From an uncultured Prochlorococcus sp. (GTDB lineage: Bacteria > Cyanobacteriota > Cyanobacteriia > PCC-6307 > Cyanobiaceae): 64,000 bases of DNA. Positions within the stretch are counted from its first letter, which is position 1; each line of letters starts with the position of its first letter. Below, piece by piece: positions 49,676-60,027 of the stretch. Position numbers and translations under genes: made by a program. The stretch is from NCBI GenBank assembly GCA_902627335.1, contig CACOIV010000002.1, forward strand, positions 15,895 through 79,894, read 5' to 3'. The notes beneath the pieces were generated by a model. It saw only the letters and a program-made list of their open reading frames with translations. It was not told where the DNA came from and searched no databases.

Positions 49676-50155
49676 CTAATATTTTCGTAATTAATTAAAT
49701 ATAAAATTTTATTTATTATCTGTAAAAAATAATAGTACTTTAAATTTTTTATATTTCCATTATAAAGCCTATATTAATTATTTTCTGTAAAAGTTGATGT
49801 TTATAAACTCTTTTTAATCCCTTATAGCTTCACCAATAGTTACTTTTTTATACTATTCCTCTAATAATATTTTTTGTGTATTTAACTTTCCATTTTTAAA
49901 AATTTTTTATTTCAAATGAATTTCTATTCTTAGCGGTAATCTATAAGTTTTTAACTTAATTATTGATTTATTAAGAAAGATTTTTTAAATGATTTAAATT
50001 TATCAAAGTCATTAATTTTAATTTTTATCAATTTTAATAATATAAATTATCTTTTTAGTTATTCAGATTATGCTTATGAATCATTTAAGAATTAATTTAT
50101 TTAAGAAGTTTATAATAAATATAATTAAGTTAATTTAAGACATTTAATTGTAAAA

Positions 50156-50920
50156 ATGCATTTGCCAATACAAAATCAAACCGTCTTTATTTCAGGATCT
50201 GGGAGAGGTCTTGGGTCTGAAATCGCTAAATCCTTTTATAGGGAAGGTGCAAGGGTAATAATAAATTACAGAAAATCAAGAAAAAATGCAGAAGAATTAG
50301 CTGATGAATTTGGTAAAAACGCTTTTTTATTAAAAGGAGATATTAGGAATAAAGATGAAGTTTTGAATATGCAAAGAGAACTAAATGATAATCAAATTAG
50401 CATTACTACAATTATTCATAATGCGATAAATGACTATAGTTTTAATGGCGAAAAAAGAAAGAAAATCGACGAAATTTCGTGGGTTGATTTTCAAGGGCAA
50501 ATAGAAACTTCTCAGAAAGGTTTATTAAATTTAATACAAGTTTTTACTCCTAGCATGAGAGAAAATCAGTTTGGAAGAGTGATAACAATTGGAACAAATT
50601 TATTTCAGAATCCAGTTGTTCCTTATCATGACTATACTGCCTCAAAAGGTGGACTTTTGTCTTTAACAAGAACTGCTGCCATAGATTTGGGACCTGATAA
50701 TATCACGGTAAATATGGTGTCTGGGGGATTATTAAAAATTACAGATGCGAGTAAAGCTACTCCTGAAAGTGTTTTTGATTATATTGCAGGTATCACTCCT
50801 CTAAGAAAAATTACTACCACGAAAGATTTTGCAGATGCAGTTTTATTTTTTGCATCTCCTTGGGCTAGAGCAGTAACTGGCCAAAACTTAATAGTGGATG
50901 GAGGATTGGTATTAAATTAA
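50156..50920 (+). CDS. SDR family oxidoreductase (3-oxoacyl-ACP reductase-like)
   Basis: SGSGRGLG, IGTNLFQNPVVPYHDYTASK, TGQNLIVDGG. Confidence 0.9.
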   Translation: MHLPIQNQTVFISGSGRGLGSEIAKSFYREGARVIINYRKSRKNAEELADEFGKNAFLLKGDIRNKDEVLNMQRELNDNQISITTIIHNAINDYSFNGEKRKKIDEISWVDFQGQIETSQKGLLNLIQVFTPSMRENQFGRVITIGTNLFQNPVVPYHDYTASKGGLLSLTRTAAIDLGPDNITVNMVSGGLLKITDASKATPESVFDYIAGITPLRKITTTKDFADAVLFFASPWARAVTGQNLIVDGGLVLN

Positions 50921-50952
50921 TCAAAATAAACCTCTTTTAGCTTGTTGTATTC

Positions 50953-51807
50953 ATGATTGATCTAAAAAGAAATAGTAAAAAAGAATTGGTTATCGCTCAT
51001 GGTTTAAGAACAAAATCATCATCCATTTACTCTCCTAATCAAAAAGGTGATTTTAAAATTAGTAGAGGGAAATTTTTTAATTTTTTATGCTGTAAAAGGT
51101 GTTTCTATCTTGATCGAATAAAAGGTTTAGAATCACCTGGTATGCCAGGCTGGTCTTTAAACGAAACTACAGATTTGCTCTTAAAAAAAGAATTTGATTA
51201 TTGTAGAGAAAGGCAAATTCCACATCGTTTATTCATATCAAATAATTTAGATAATTTAGTTCCTTTTTATCATGATGAACTTGATAATTGGAGAGATTCC
51301 TTGCACAAAGGTTTAACACTCCGATATAAAAAAACGAATATTATTTTAACTGGAGGAATTGATGATATCTGGCAAAATAAAATCTCTAAGAAATTAATAA
51401 TTGTGGATTATAAATCTCAAGCCAAAATGGGTCGTTTAGATAAAATTAATTATCTACAAGATCCATATCATGAAGGATATAAAATACAGATGGATTTTTA
51501 TGCATATCTTCTTTTAGGCATGGGATTTAAATTGGACACAACTTCATATTTTCTGGTGTGTAATGCTAAAAGAGATGATGAGGTTTTCGATAAAACTTTG
51601 AATTTTGATGAGTATTTAGTTCCATATTTTTGGAATATTAATTGGATCGAAAATAAGTTAGAAGAAATGATCAATGTAATGAATAGTACAGAAATACCTA
51701 AATCAAATTTTTCTTGTAAAAACTGTGCTTACTCAGAGCAATATGCCAAAACAATATATAAAGAAATTAATCTTGATAAGAGTGTAATTCAAGGAAGTCT
51801 TTTTTAG
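50953..51807 (+). CDS. PD-(D/E)XK nuclease, Cas4/AddB-like
   Basis: CKRCFYL, GGIDD, IVDYKS, QMDFY, CKNCAY. Confidence 0.85.
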   Translation: MIDLKRNSKKELVIAHGLRTKSSSIYSPNQKGDFKISRGKFFNFLCCKRCFYLDRIKGLESPGMPGWSLNETTDLLLKKEFDYCRERQIPHRLFISNNLDNLVPFYHDELDNWRDSLHKGLTLRYKKTNIILTGGIDDIWQNKISKKLIIVDYKSQAKMGRLDKINYLQDPYHEGYKIQMDFYAYLLLGMGFKLDTTSYFLVCNAKRDDEVFDKTLNFDEYLVPYFWNINWIENKLEEMINVMNSTEIPKSNFSCKNCAYSEQYAKTIYKEINLDKSVIQGSLF

Positions 51808-51966
51808 TTTTTTGCTAAATATAAGTAGTTTTTATGATAATTTTTAGAAATAATTTTTAAAGTATTCAATGGGGCGGTAATACGTAGTTAGAAAATATAT
51901 CTTCTGATAATAAATCTCATAAATTATTATGTCCCATAAAATAAATTAAATTTATAGCGAATTAAC

Positions 51967-52000
51967 AGAACAGTTATTAGAACGATTAAAAGAACGGTTA
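51967..52000 (+). repeat. three AGAACRRTTA direct repeats at 12-bp period
   Basis: AGAACAGTTA 51967, AGAACGATTA 51979, AGAACGGTTA 51991. Confidence 0.7.
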
Positions 52001-52115
52001 ATGGAGCATAAGATTAATTTTTTGATCTTAAATGCCTTAAAATTCAGTAAATTAATTTTAAAGTTTCGATATTAGATAGATATTTCTCATCTTTATATAT
52101 ATATTTGAAATAGCT

Positions 52116-52814
52116 TTGTATAGTCTAATCAAAAATCCTGTCGTTATCTTGGGTGGTTTTCTTGTTACTTCAGAGGCATATTTAAATATACAAAATTTTT
52201 TAGAAAATAATTGTAATAGAAAGGTATATATAGTAAATATAACTAGAATTGATTGGTTAAATTCTAGTAGTGTTAAAGGTTGGATTAATATTCTAGATAA
52301 AGTTCAGGAAACTGTTTCTAAAGTTTTGTGTGATACGAAAACTGAAAAAATTGATTTTATTGGCCATAGCTCTGGTGGAATTATGCTTAGACTTTATCTC
52401 TCAGATCAACTGTTTGGAGGTAAGAAATACAATGGAAAATCAATTACTGAAAACTTAATTACGCTAGGTAGCCCTAATCAAGCATTAAGAGCTACAAAGT
52501 TAAGAAAATTTGTTGATATGGAATATCCTGGAAGTTTTTTTAACGAAGTTAATTATATTTCTGTAGGAGGGGTAGTAGATATTCGATCAAAGGAAGCTTA
52601 CTTTTTAACAAGATTTTCAGCGCGTCGTTCATATGAATCAATTTCTGGTGATTTTAATAGTGAGGGTGATGGATTGGTTCCCTTATCCTCATCTTTATTG
52701 GAAGGTTCTAATAAAGTAATTCTTCCAGATACATTTCATGGAGGTATATTTGGAGAATTTTGGTATGGTTCTAAATCTAGGGTGATGGATTGGTGGAGAA
52801 GAATCAAGCTCTAA
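52116..52814 (+). CDS. alpha/beta hydrolase (lipase/esterase)
   Basis: GHSSGG nucleophile elbow, TLGSP, GDGLVP, H. Confidence 0.88.
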   Translation: MYSLIKNPVVILGGFLVTSEAYLNIQNFLENNCNRKVYIVNITRIDWLNSSSVKGWINILDKVQETVSKVLCDTKTEKIDFIGHSSGGIMLRLYLSDQLFGGKKYNGKSITENLITLGSPNQALRATKLRKFVDMEYPGSFFNEVNYISVGGVVDIRSKEAYFLTRFSARRSYESISGDFNSEGDGLVPLSSSLLEGSNKVILPDTFHGGIFGEFWYGSKSRVMDWWRRIKL

Positions 52815-52989
52815 ATTTTTTTCAAAAAATTTTTGTTTATTGGAGGGATTGAATAATTTCTTTCTAAAAATACTTAAGTTCTTAAATGAGTTTTAAAGCT
52901 ACTAAAATACATAAATTTGTAACTTTGCATGCGATAGCTCATGAATAATTTTTTTATAAACTATGTTTTAGTAGAATGAAGTCTGTGAA

Positions 52990-53241
52990 ATGCATTTAGA
53001 AAAACACTCAAAAGTTGAGCTTGATTGGAATATGAAAGAATTTAAAGAATATGTTTATTCACATTTTGGTAAAGGAGGGATTGAAGATATTGGTGCAACA
53101 AAAGAACAGATTGATTTAGCAACTTTAAAGGTAATTGAATACTGTTTAGAGGCAGGGGAATCGGATATCCAAGGAGTTTTCTCTTCTGATCTGAATTTAA
53201 TCAAAGAAATTTTGTTGAAAGATTTCGATTTAAGCTGCTAG
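52990..53241 (+). CDS. hypothetical protein
   Basis: 83-aa ORF. Confidence 0.6.
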   Translation: MHLEKHSKVELDWNMKEFKEYVYSHFGKGGIEDIGATKEQIDLATLKVIEYCLEAGESDIQGVFSSDLNLIKEILLKDFDLSC

Positions 53242-53245
53242 AAAT

Positions 53246-53428
53246 TTAACTTATTTGAAATTTTTTATTAATAAAAGCAGATTCAGTTTGAACTTTAAGT
53301 TTTTCAAAATAATTTTGCTGCGTTTGATTTCCTGAAGAACATTTAATTCCAAAAAGAAGGCTCATATCAATATCATTAAATAATTTTTTATTTGAATTTT
53401 GAAATGCTTTTTTATAAATCATTTTCAT
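53246..53428 (-). CDS. hypothetical small protein
   Basis: 60-aa ORF convergent with neighbour. Confidence 0.5.
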   Translation of the reverse strand: MKMIYKKAFQNSNKKLFNDIDMSLLFGIKCSSGNQTQQNYFEKLKVQTESAFINKKFQIS

Positions 53429-53664
53429 AACGGTTAGATAGATTACTAGAATGCCAATTGATTCATTTAATTTATAGAGTCAAAATACTTAGTGGTATCA
53501 AAAATTTATTTATATGTATCTTTGGATAGTAAAATTTAAAATATTAATACAATTTAAAGATAATATAAATTATCTTTTTCTTGAAAAAGATTATTGTTTA
53601 CATTAATAGTCTTATTGATTAACTATTTATTTGATTAATAAATTTTAAAATATCCCCTGTTAAT

Positions 53665-53678
53665 TGTCACATGTGACA
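53665..53678. promoter_or_regulatory. perfect palindrome upstream of Yfr2
   Basis: TGTCACATGTGACA centred about 65 nt upstream of the inferred TSS. Confidence 0.6.
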
Positions 53679-53736
53679 GTTGAATTAGATAAACATTCCA
53701 TAAACACCTTTTAATTATCGCGGCTATATTAAATGA

Positions 53737-53829
53737 GTGTGTAGGAGTAAGTTGTAAATTCAGTGGAAACATGGAAACACTTGAATTTATAATTTTTAAA
53801 AACTCATCTGATAAGATGAGTTTTTTTTT
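53737..53829 (+). ncRNA. yfr2: Yfr2-family sRNA (second copy)
   Basis: 5' GUGUGUAGGAG, central GUGGAAACAUGGAAACAC, terminator AAAAACUCAUCU..AGAUGAGUUUUU, TATATT -10 box. Confidence 0.88.
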
Positions 53830-54002
53830 GCAAAATTTTAAATTAGAAGATAAATATCTAAAGCTACTAAAAATCTTCATAATGGTGTATGTTTCGTTTA
53901 AAAAATAGAAAAATTAAAGCGTTGATAGTATATAACTGAAATTTCTTTTGATAATAAAAATTGATTTTTGTAATTGCGTAGAACTTTAATAGATTATTAA
54001 AA

Positions 54003-54362
54003 CTAATCTATCCACATATCTATTTTTTCATTTTTAATCTCATTTGTATCTAGCTCACTTACATGAGATGTACCTGTTTTTGATTCAACTGTATAATCTT
54101 TTTGGGTTGCTTCAAATTTTTTTTTGATTCCTTCTAAAATAAATTCAAAATTATCGCTAAAGAAATTTTCTATTTCTTCCCAAGCTTCCTTTTCTTCTTC
54201 ATCTCCTATGGTGTTTTTGACTTGATGACTGAAAATTTCATTAGCAAATTGTCTTAATTCAGACTCATTCATACTTTTTACTTTTTCAGTTATGTAATAT
54301 TCTTTAAGACTTTCAAGTTCTTTTTTTGAAAAATCTGAATAATAAAATTTGTTCTTTTTCAT
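54003..54362 (-). CDS. conserved hypothetical protein
   Basis: 119-aa acidic ORF. Confidence 0.7.
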   Translation of the reverse strand: MKKNKFYYSDFSKKELESLKEYYITEKVKSMNESELRQFANEIFSHQVKNTIGDEEEKEAWEEIENFFSDNFEFILEGIKKKFEATQKDYTVESKTGTSHVSELDTNEIKNEKIDMWID

Positions 54363-54700
54363 ATTGATTTATATTATTTCTAAGATAAACCATTTTTTCT
54401 AAGATAATTCAATAATTGATAAAGATTTCTTATGCAAAAGCTGGTAAATATTATTAGGAAATTAAATTATATATGAACATAATTTAATTAATTTATCTAG
54501 GAATATTAAGGAAAGATTAAAAAAAACAAAAGAAATTATAAAAATATGAAATTTTTCTTATCCTTTTTCTTGCCTAGAACCCTTTTCTTGACTGAATTTT
54601 TATATATTTTGCGATTAATTTACTTGTTAACAAAAATCTGCAATAAATAAAAATTATTGAGAGAATATACCAAATTTAATAAATACAAAAGTCGATAAAT

Positions 54701-55474
54701 ATGAAAACTACAATTCTTTTAATTGAAGACGATCGTGATATGCGCGATTTAGTTTCGGGACATCTAGAACATGCAGGTTTTGATGTCTTAAAAGCAGATG
54801 ATGGTATAAAGGGCCAAGCACTTGCCTTACAGTACTCTCCTGATATTATTTTGCTCGATTTGATGCTTCCCAACGTAGATGGATTGACTTTATGCCAAAG
54901 ATTGAGAAGAGATGAAAGAACATCCGGTATCCCAATATTAATGATTACCGCTTTAGGTGGTCTTAAGGATAAAGTTACTGGTTTTAATTCAGGTGCAGAC
55001 GACTATATTACTAAGCCTTTCGACTTAGAGGAATTGCATGTAAGGATAAAAGCTTTGTTAAGGAGGACTAATAGAGCGGCTTTAAATTCTAGTAATCAGC
55101 AAGAAATCCTAAATTACGGACCTCTTACACTTGTACCAGAGAGATTCGAAGTTATTTGGTTTGATTCTCCTGTTCGACTAACACATTTAGAATTTGAACT
55201 AATACATTGTTTGCTGCAAAGACATGGACAGACAGTTTCTCCAGCATTGATACTTAAGGAAGTTTGGGGTTATGAGCCTGATGATGATATTGAAACAATA
55301 AGGGTTCATGTAAGACATTTGAGAACAAAGTTAGAGCCTGATCCCCGTAAGCCAAAATTTATTAAAACTGTATATGGTGCCGGTTATTGCCTTGAACTTC
55401 CGAAAGGTGAAGAAGTTGAAATAGAAAAAAAAGAATTCATCGACTCAAGAGAATCAAATTTAATTAATACTTAA
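54701..55474 (+). CDS. rpaA: two-component response regulator RpaA
   Basis: receiver domain plus OmpR wHTH; [23 protein letters not shown]. Confidence 0.93.
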   Translation: MKTTILLIEDDRDMRDLVSGHLEHAGFDVLKADDGIKGQALALQYSPDIILLDLMLPNVDGLTLCQRLRRDERTSGIPILMITALGGLKDKVTGFNSGADDYITKPFDLEELHVRIKALLRRTNRAALNSSNQQEILNYGPLTLVPERFEVIWFDSPVRLTHLEFELIHCLLQRHGQTVSPALILKEVWGYEPDDDIETIRVHVRHLRTKLEPDPRKPKFIKTVYGAGYCLELPKGEEVEIEKKEFIDSRESNLINT

Positions 55475-55478
55475 TTCG

Positions 55479-56438
55479 TTAACTAGAAGATTTATTTATT
55501 GCAACTTCTAATAATCCGACCTCCCATGATAAACGTGGATTTAATTTATTTTTGAGATTGTTTTTTATTTTTTCTAGTGATAAAGCTATTTCCATGTTTA
55601 ATGTTGTCTTCCACCAGCAATATTGGACATAGTCTATAAGATATTCTTGTTTTTCTAAATCTATTTCTTCATCAATTTTTTTTGCGATATTAAATACTTT
55701 TTCAAACTCATATATAGGGTTTTTTAAACCTAAAACTATACTTTCAGGTATACACTTTAATTTAATTATGTTTTTATAAAGTTTTCCTGGAGATCCATTT
55801 GAAATGAAAATTATATTTTCTAGATCTAAGTATTTTTTATTGTTTAATTCATCAAAATATTCTGATTGAATTAATTTTGCCTTTAAATCTTTATATGAAT
55901 AAGATGAGAATCTTATTTTTTGACAACGTGAAATTATGGTATCTATGATTAAATTTAATTTAGAAGTTATCAAAATAAAAAGTCCATTTGAAGGTTCCTC
56001 TAATGTTTTTAATAAACAATTAGATGACGCTTCATTTAAAAGATGAGCATCGTTGATGATAATAAATTTTTTATCAGCTTCAATTGATACTCTGCTTAAA
56101 AAAGTATTAATTGAGCGTATTTGATTTACCCTTATTAAAGGGTTATATTTGTATTTTATATCGTTATCAATTTCAGATTGATTTATCAAATTTGCTTTTA
56201 ATAAATATGTAGGTTCAATGAATAAATAATCTGGATGATTATTTTCTCTAATTCTTTGTATTATTTTTGTATCTAAATTGTTTTCATTAATAATTTTAGA
56301 AATAAACTTAATAGCTTCATCTTTTTTGCCTACTTCTTCTGGGCCATAAAATATGTATGCATTGGAGATATTTTTTTTTAAAATTACTTGTTTTAATATG
56401 TTGTTTTCTAGATTATTATTTGAAGAATTGAGATTCAT
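55479..56438 (-). CDS. holB: DNA polymerase III delta' subunit
   Basis: NHPD, ASSNCLLKTLEEP, TIISRCQ; adjacent to tmk. Confidence 0.9.
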   Translation of the reverse strand: MNLNSSNNNLENNILKQVILKKNISNAYIFYGPEEVGKKDEAIKFISKIINENNLDTKIIQRIRENNHPDYLFIEPTYLLKANLINQSEIDNDIKYKYNPLIRVNQIRSINTFLSRVSIEADKKFIIINDAHLLNEASSNCLLKTLEEPSNGLFILITSKLNLIIDTIISRCQKIRFSSYSYKDLKAKLIQSEYFDELNNKKYLDLENIIFISNGSPGKLYKNIIKLKCIPESIVLGLKNPIYEFEKVFNIAKKIDEEIDLEKQEYLIDYVQYCWWKTTLNMEIALSLEKIKNNLKNKLNPRLSWEVGLLEVAINKSSS

Positions 56439-56456
56439 AAAATTTCTAATATTAAT

Positions 56457-57086
56457 TTAGCCGAATTTTTCAATTAAGATATTTTTGATTGTAGTGGTTA
56501 TATGCTCTTTATTATTCGATGCAGAGATTACAATCCAATTCTTTTCCTTAGCAATTTTCTTAAAGCCAGTATTTACTTTTCTTAAAAAATTTACACCTTC
56601 AGATTCAATTCTATCTGGGATTTGATTTTTTCTTCGTGCAATACTTTCTTCAATAGAAATATCTAAGAGGAAAGTAATATCAGGCTTTTGTCCTTGACAT
56701 GCAATAACCTCTAATTTTTTGATAATTTCTTTATCAAGATTTCTCCCAAATCCTTGATATGCAAGGGTTGAGCCAGAAAATCTATCACTTAATACCCAAT
56801 CTCCTTTATTTAATGCAGGCGAGATAATTTTTGTTACGTGTTCTGTTCGATCAGCAGCATATAAAAGTAATTCAGTAAGATTTGTGGGTACATTATCTTT
56901 ATTATTAGATAAGATAAGTTCTCTTAATTTTGCGCCAATCAAACTGCCCCCTGGTTCTCTTGTTTTTATAATTAAAGAATTATTAGATATAAGGTTACTA
57001 TTGGGAAGCCAATTGCATATCTCATTAATTTGCGTAGTTTTACCGCATCCATCAATACCTTCAAATACTATAAATTTTCCTTTCAT
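56457..57086 (-). CDS. tmk: thymidylate kinase
   Basis: [24 protein letters not shown]. Confidence 0.95.
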   Translation of the reverse strand: MKGKFIVFEGIDGCGKTTQINEICNWLPNSNLISNNSLIIKTREPGGSLIGAKLRELILSNNKDNVPTNLTELLLYAADRTEHVTKIISPALNKGDWVLSDRFSGSTLAYQGFGRNLDKEIIKKLEVIACQGQKPDITFLLDISIEESIARRKNQIPDRIESEGVNFLRKVNTGFKKIAKEKNWIVISASNNKEHITTTIKNILIEKFG

Positions 57087-59389
57087 TAGTCTAATTCTAT
57101 AGATAGTGCATTTAGAACTACTGTAATTGAGCTTATAGCCATTAATAGTGCTGCTATGGATGGTGAGAGAAGGATTCCAAATTTAGGGAAAAGTACTCCA
57201 GCCGCAAGAGGAATGGCAATTAAATTGTATCCAAAAGCCCAAATTAGATTTTGTTTGATTTTTTTTATAGTCTCTTTTGCGAGTCTTAATGCATAAGAAA
57301 TTCCACTTAAGTTATTTCCCATTAGGACAAGATCTGCATTCGCTTTAGCAATTTGAGTTCCAGATCCAACAGCCACCCCTAAAGTTGATGCTGCCAAAGC
57401 AGGCGCATCATTAATTCCATCACCAACCATTGCAACTTGATAATTATTTTTTAATTGTTCAAGACTTTCAAGTTTATTCTCTGGTAAGAGTTCCCACTTT
57501 AATTGTTCTTTATTGCATTTCAAAGTCTTGCCAAGTTCAAGGACAGTATTTTGTCTGTCGCCACTGAATATGTAAATATTAAATCTATCTTTTCTTAGTT
57601 TTTCAAAAGTTGATTTTACGTCTCCTCTTAGTAAATCTCCAATTAATATACAACCTAATAAATCTTTTCCGATACTTACCCCAATAATTGTATATTTTTT
57701 AATTTCGTCTGAATCCACAATTTTTTGGGTAGCATCGGTTATGTTCACTCCATTATTTTGCAACCACTTAAGATTGCCAACTTTTACTTCACCTTCAATA
57801 TCTATTAAGGTTCCTGTTATACCTTTTCCTGATTCTGTTTTAATGCTATTAACTTTAAATAAATCTATTTCTTCTTTTTTTGATTCTCGTATTAAAGCAT
57901 TTGCAATTGGATGTCGACTTTGATTCTCTAAACTTGCAGCAACCTTAAGAACATAGTTTTTGTCAAGGGAAGAAATATAATCGACAACATAGGGTGTCCC
58001 TTGGGTAAGTGTTCCAGTTTTATCAAAAACAATCGTATCTATGTTGGATGCTATTTCAATTTTATCGCCTCCTTTGAATAAAATTCCTTTTTTTGCCGCT
58101 TTACCAGAGGCAACTGTTATTACAGTAGGAGTGGCCAAGCCTAGTGCACAAGGGCATGCTATTACTAAGACAGCAATTGAGAGTTGGATCGCAAGGCTTA
58201 GAGGACTATCTGCGGAACTTCCTAGGGAATTATGTAAAGTATGATTTGAGTGTAATCCAATTAATTCTTGATTTTCTTCAAGAAGGTTAGGCCATAAGTT
58301 TGGTGCAATTTTCCACCAGAATATAAATATAAAAATAGATAGGGATAGAACAAAGTAAGTAAATTTCCCAGCAATTATATCTGCTAACCTTTGTATTGGC
58401 GGTTTTTGAGATTGCACGGATTCAATAAGATTTACAAGTTTTGCTAGTGATGTCTCTGAACCAACTTTTATCACTTTAAGCTTTAGAGTAGAGTTTAAAT
58501 TAAGTGTTCCGTTCAATAAATTATCATTTTGTTTAACTTCAACTGGTTCTGATTCCCCTGTTATATGAGATACATCTATAAATGACTCTCCTTCTATCAC
58601 TAAACAATCTGCGGGTATTCTGTCACCTGCTAAAACTTGTATCTCATCTCCAGGCTGCAAAGTGTTAACTCTTACTGATTTTAAATTATTATCTTTATCA
58701 AATAAATAAGTAGTCTCTGGTTGCAAATCAAGTAATTCACTGATTGAAGATCCAGTTTGAAATTTTGCCCGGTCTTCTAAAAATCTTCCCAGCAAAATAA
58801 AGCCTAATAACATTACAGGCTCATTAAAAAAACAGGGAAAACCTGTTTTAGGGAAAATCACAGATAATAGGCTTGTTGAATATGCGCTTGTTACGCCAAG
58901 TGCTACAAGTGTATCCATGTTTGGCCTGTTTTTTATGAATGATTGGAAACCTTTAATTATTATTGGTCTTCCAGGAAATGCTAATGCTGTTGTAGCGATA
59001 ATTGCATGAAAAGATATATTTCCTAAGAAGGGTGAATTAATATAACCTCCTTCGGCAAGATGCCCTAATACCGAAAATAAAAGTAATATAAATGCAAAAT
59101 TCAGTTTTTTCCATTGATTTAACCATTTATATTTTTTATTTAGGTCAGCCTTATTTATTTTTTCTAAAAAATCATCATTAGAAATTTTAGAAGGAAAACC
59201 ATTCTCATTAAGATTTTGGAGAATTTCAGATATGTCATAATTATTATTTTTAATATCAAAATATGCACTTTCTGTAAGTAGATTTACGTTTACATTCTGC
59301 GTTTCTTTGTAATTATTTAAAATTTTCTCAACAGTTTGAACACATCCTCCGCATTTCATTCCGCTTATATTTAGTTTAATATTTTTCAT
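57086..59389 (-). CDS. heavy-metal (Cu) translocating P1B-type ATPase
   Basis: [36 protein letters not shown]/MxxSS; start placed at ATG 59389. Confidence 0.93.
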   Translation of the reverse strand: MKNIKLNISGMKCGGCVQTVEKILNNYKETQNVNVNLLTESAYFDIKNNNYDISEILQNLNENGFPSKISNDDFLEKINKADLNKKYKWLNQWKKLNFAFILLLFSVLGHLAEGGYINSPFLGNISFHAIIATTALAFPGRPIIIKGFQSFIKNRPNMDTLVALGVTSAYSTSLLSVIFPKTGFPCFFNEPVMLLGFILLGRFLEDRAKFQTGSSISELLDLQPETTYLFDKDNNLKSVRVNTLQPGDEIQVLAGDRIPADCLVIEGESFIDVSHITGESEPVEVKQNDNLLNGTLNLNSTLKLKVIKVGSETSLAKLVNLIESVQSQKPPIQRLADIIAGKFTYFVLSLSIFIFIFWWKIAPNLWPNLLEENQELIGLHSNHTLHNSLGSSADSPLSLAIQLSIAVLVIACPCALGLATPTVITVASGKAAKKGILFKGGDKIEIASNIDTIVFDKTGTLTQGTPYVVDYISSLDKNYVLKVAASLENQSRHPIANALIRESKKEEIDLFKVNSIKTESGKGITGTLIDIEGEVKVGNLKWLQNNGVNITDATQKIVDSDEIKKYTIIGVSIGKDLLGCILIGDLLRGDVKSTFEKLRKDRFNIYIFSGDRQNTVLELGKTLKCNKEQLKWELLPENKLESLEQLKNNYQVAMVGDGINDAPALAASTLGVAVGSGTQIAKANADLVLMGNNLSGISYALRLAKETIKKIKQNLIWAFGYNLIAIPLAAGVLFPKFGILLSPSIAALLMAISSITVVLNALSIELD

Positions 59390-59505
59390 GATTACAATTG
59401 AAAAACTTTTAAATTTCAAAGAATAAGTATTTATTACTTAATAATAATAAAAATTTGTAATAGTATATTATTAATAAAATCTAATTTAACGATTTATTCT
59501 TTTCC

Positions 59506-60027
59506 GTGCCTAGTAATCAAAACAGAGACAACTTTATAGACAAAGCTTTTACTGTTATTGCAGAATCAATAGTTAAGGTGCTGCCCATAGCTGAAAAGGA
59601 AAAAAAGGCATACATCTATTATAGAGACGGTTTAGCTGCTCAAAATAATGGTGATTATTCTGAAGCACTGGAATATTATCAGGAAAGTCTTTTACTTGAA
59701 GAAAGTCCAATTGATAGGGGAGAAACTTTAAAAAATATGGCAATTATTTATATGAGTAATGGAGATGAAGAGCTTGCCATTGAGACTTATCACAAAGCAT
59801 TAATTGAAAATCCTAAACAACCCTCCTGTCTTAAAAATATTGGTCTGATATATGAAAAAAGAGGTCGATATGCTGAACAGGATGGTGATTTTGATCAAAG
59901 AGATATTTGGTTCGATAAAGCAGCAGAGGTTTGGGCTAAAGCAGTGCGGTTATATCCAGGTGGCTATTTAGATATTGAGAATTGGTTGAAGACAACTGGA
60001 AGAAGTAATATTGATGTATACCTTTAA
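59506..60027 (+). CDS. ycf3: photosystem I assembly protein Ycf3
   Basis: [17 protein letters not shown], TPRs, NWLKTTGR. Confidence 0.95.
   Translation: MPSNQNRDNFIDKAFTVIAESIVKVLPIAEKEKKAYIYYRDGLAAQNNGDYSEALEYYQESLLLEESPIDRGETLKNMAIIYMSNGDEELAIETYHKALIENPKQPSCLKNIGLIYEKRGRYAEQDGDFDQRDIWFDKAAEVWAKAVRLYPGGYLDIENWLKTTGRSNIDVYL

Larger units (their letters stand above)
43282..54400. other. tRNA-Asn-anchored genomic island (right end approximate)
   Basis: core synteny breaks after the tRNA and resumes at rpaA; long AT-rich spacers, small orphan ORFs, att repeats. Confidence 0.8.

Noticed and set aside
53635-53880. 81-aa minus-strand ORF
   Set aside because: Antisense to a well-formed Yfr2 sRNA with its promoter and terminator
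43282-54400. Intact prophage, satellite or autonomous tycheposon
   Set aside because: No integrase, excisionase, primase, capsid or terminase ORF recognised in the window
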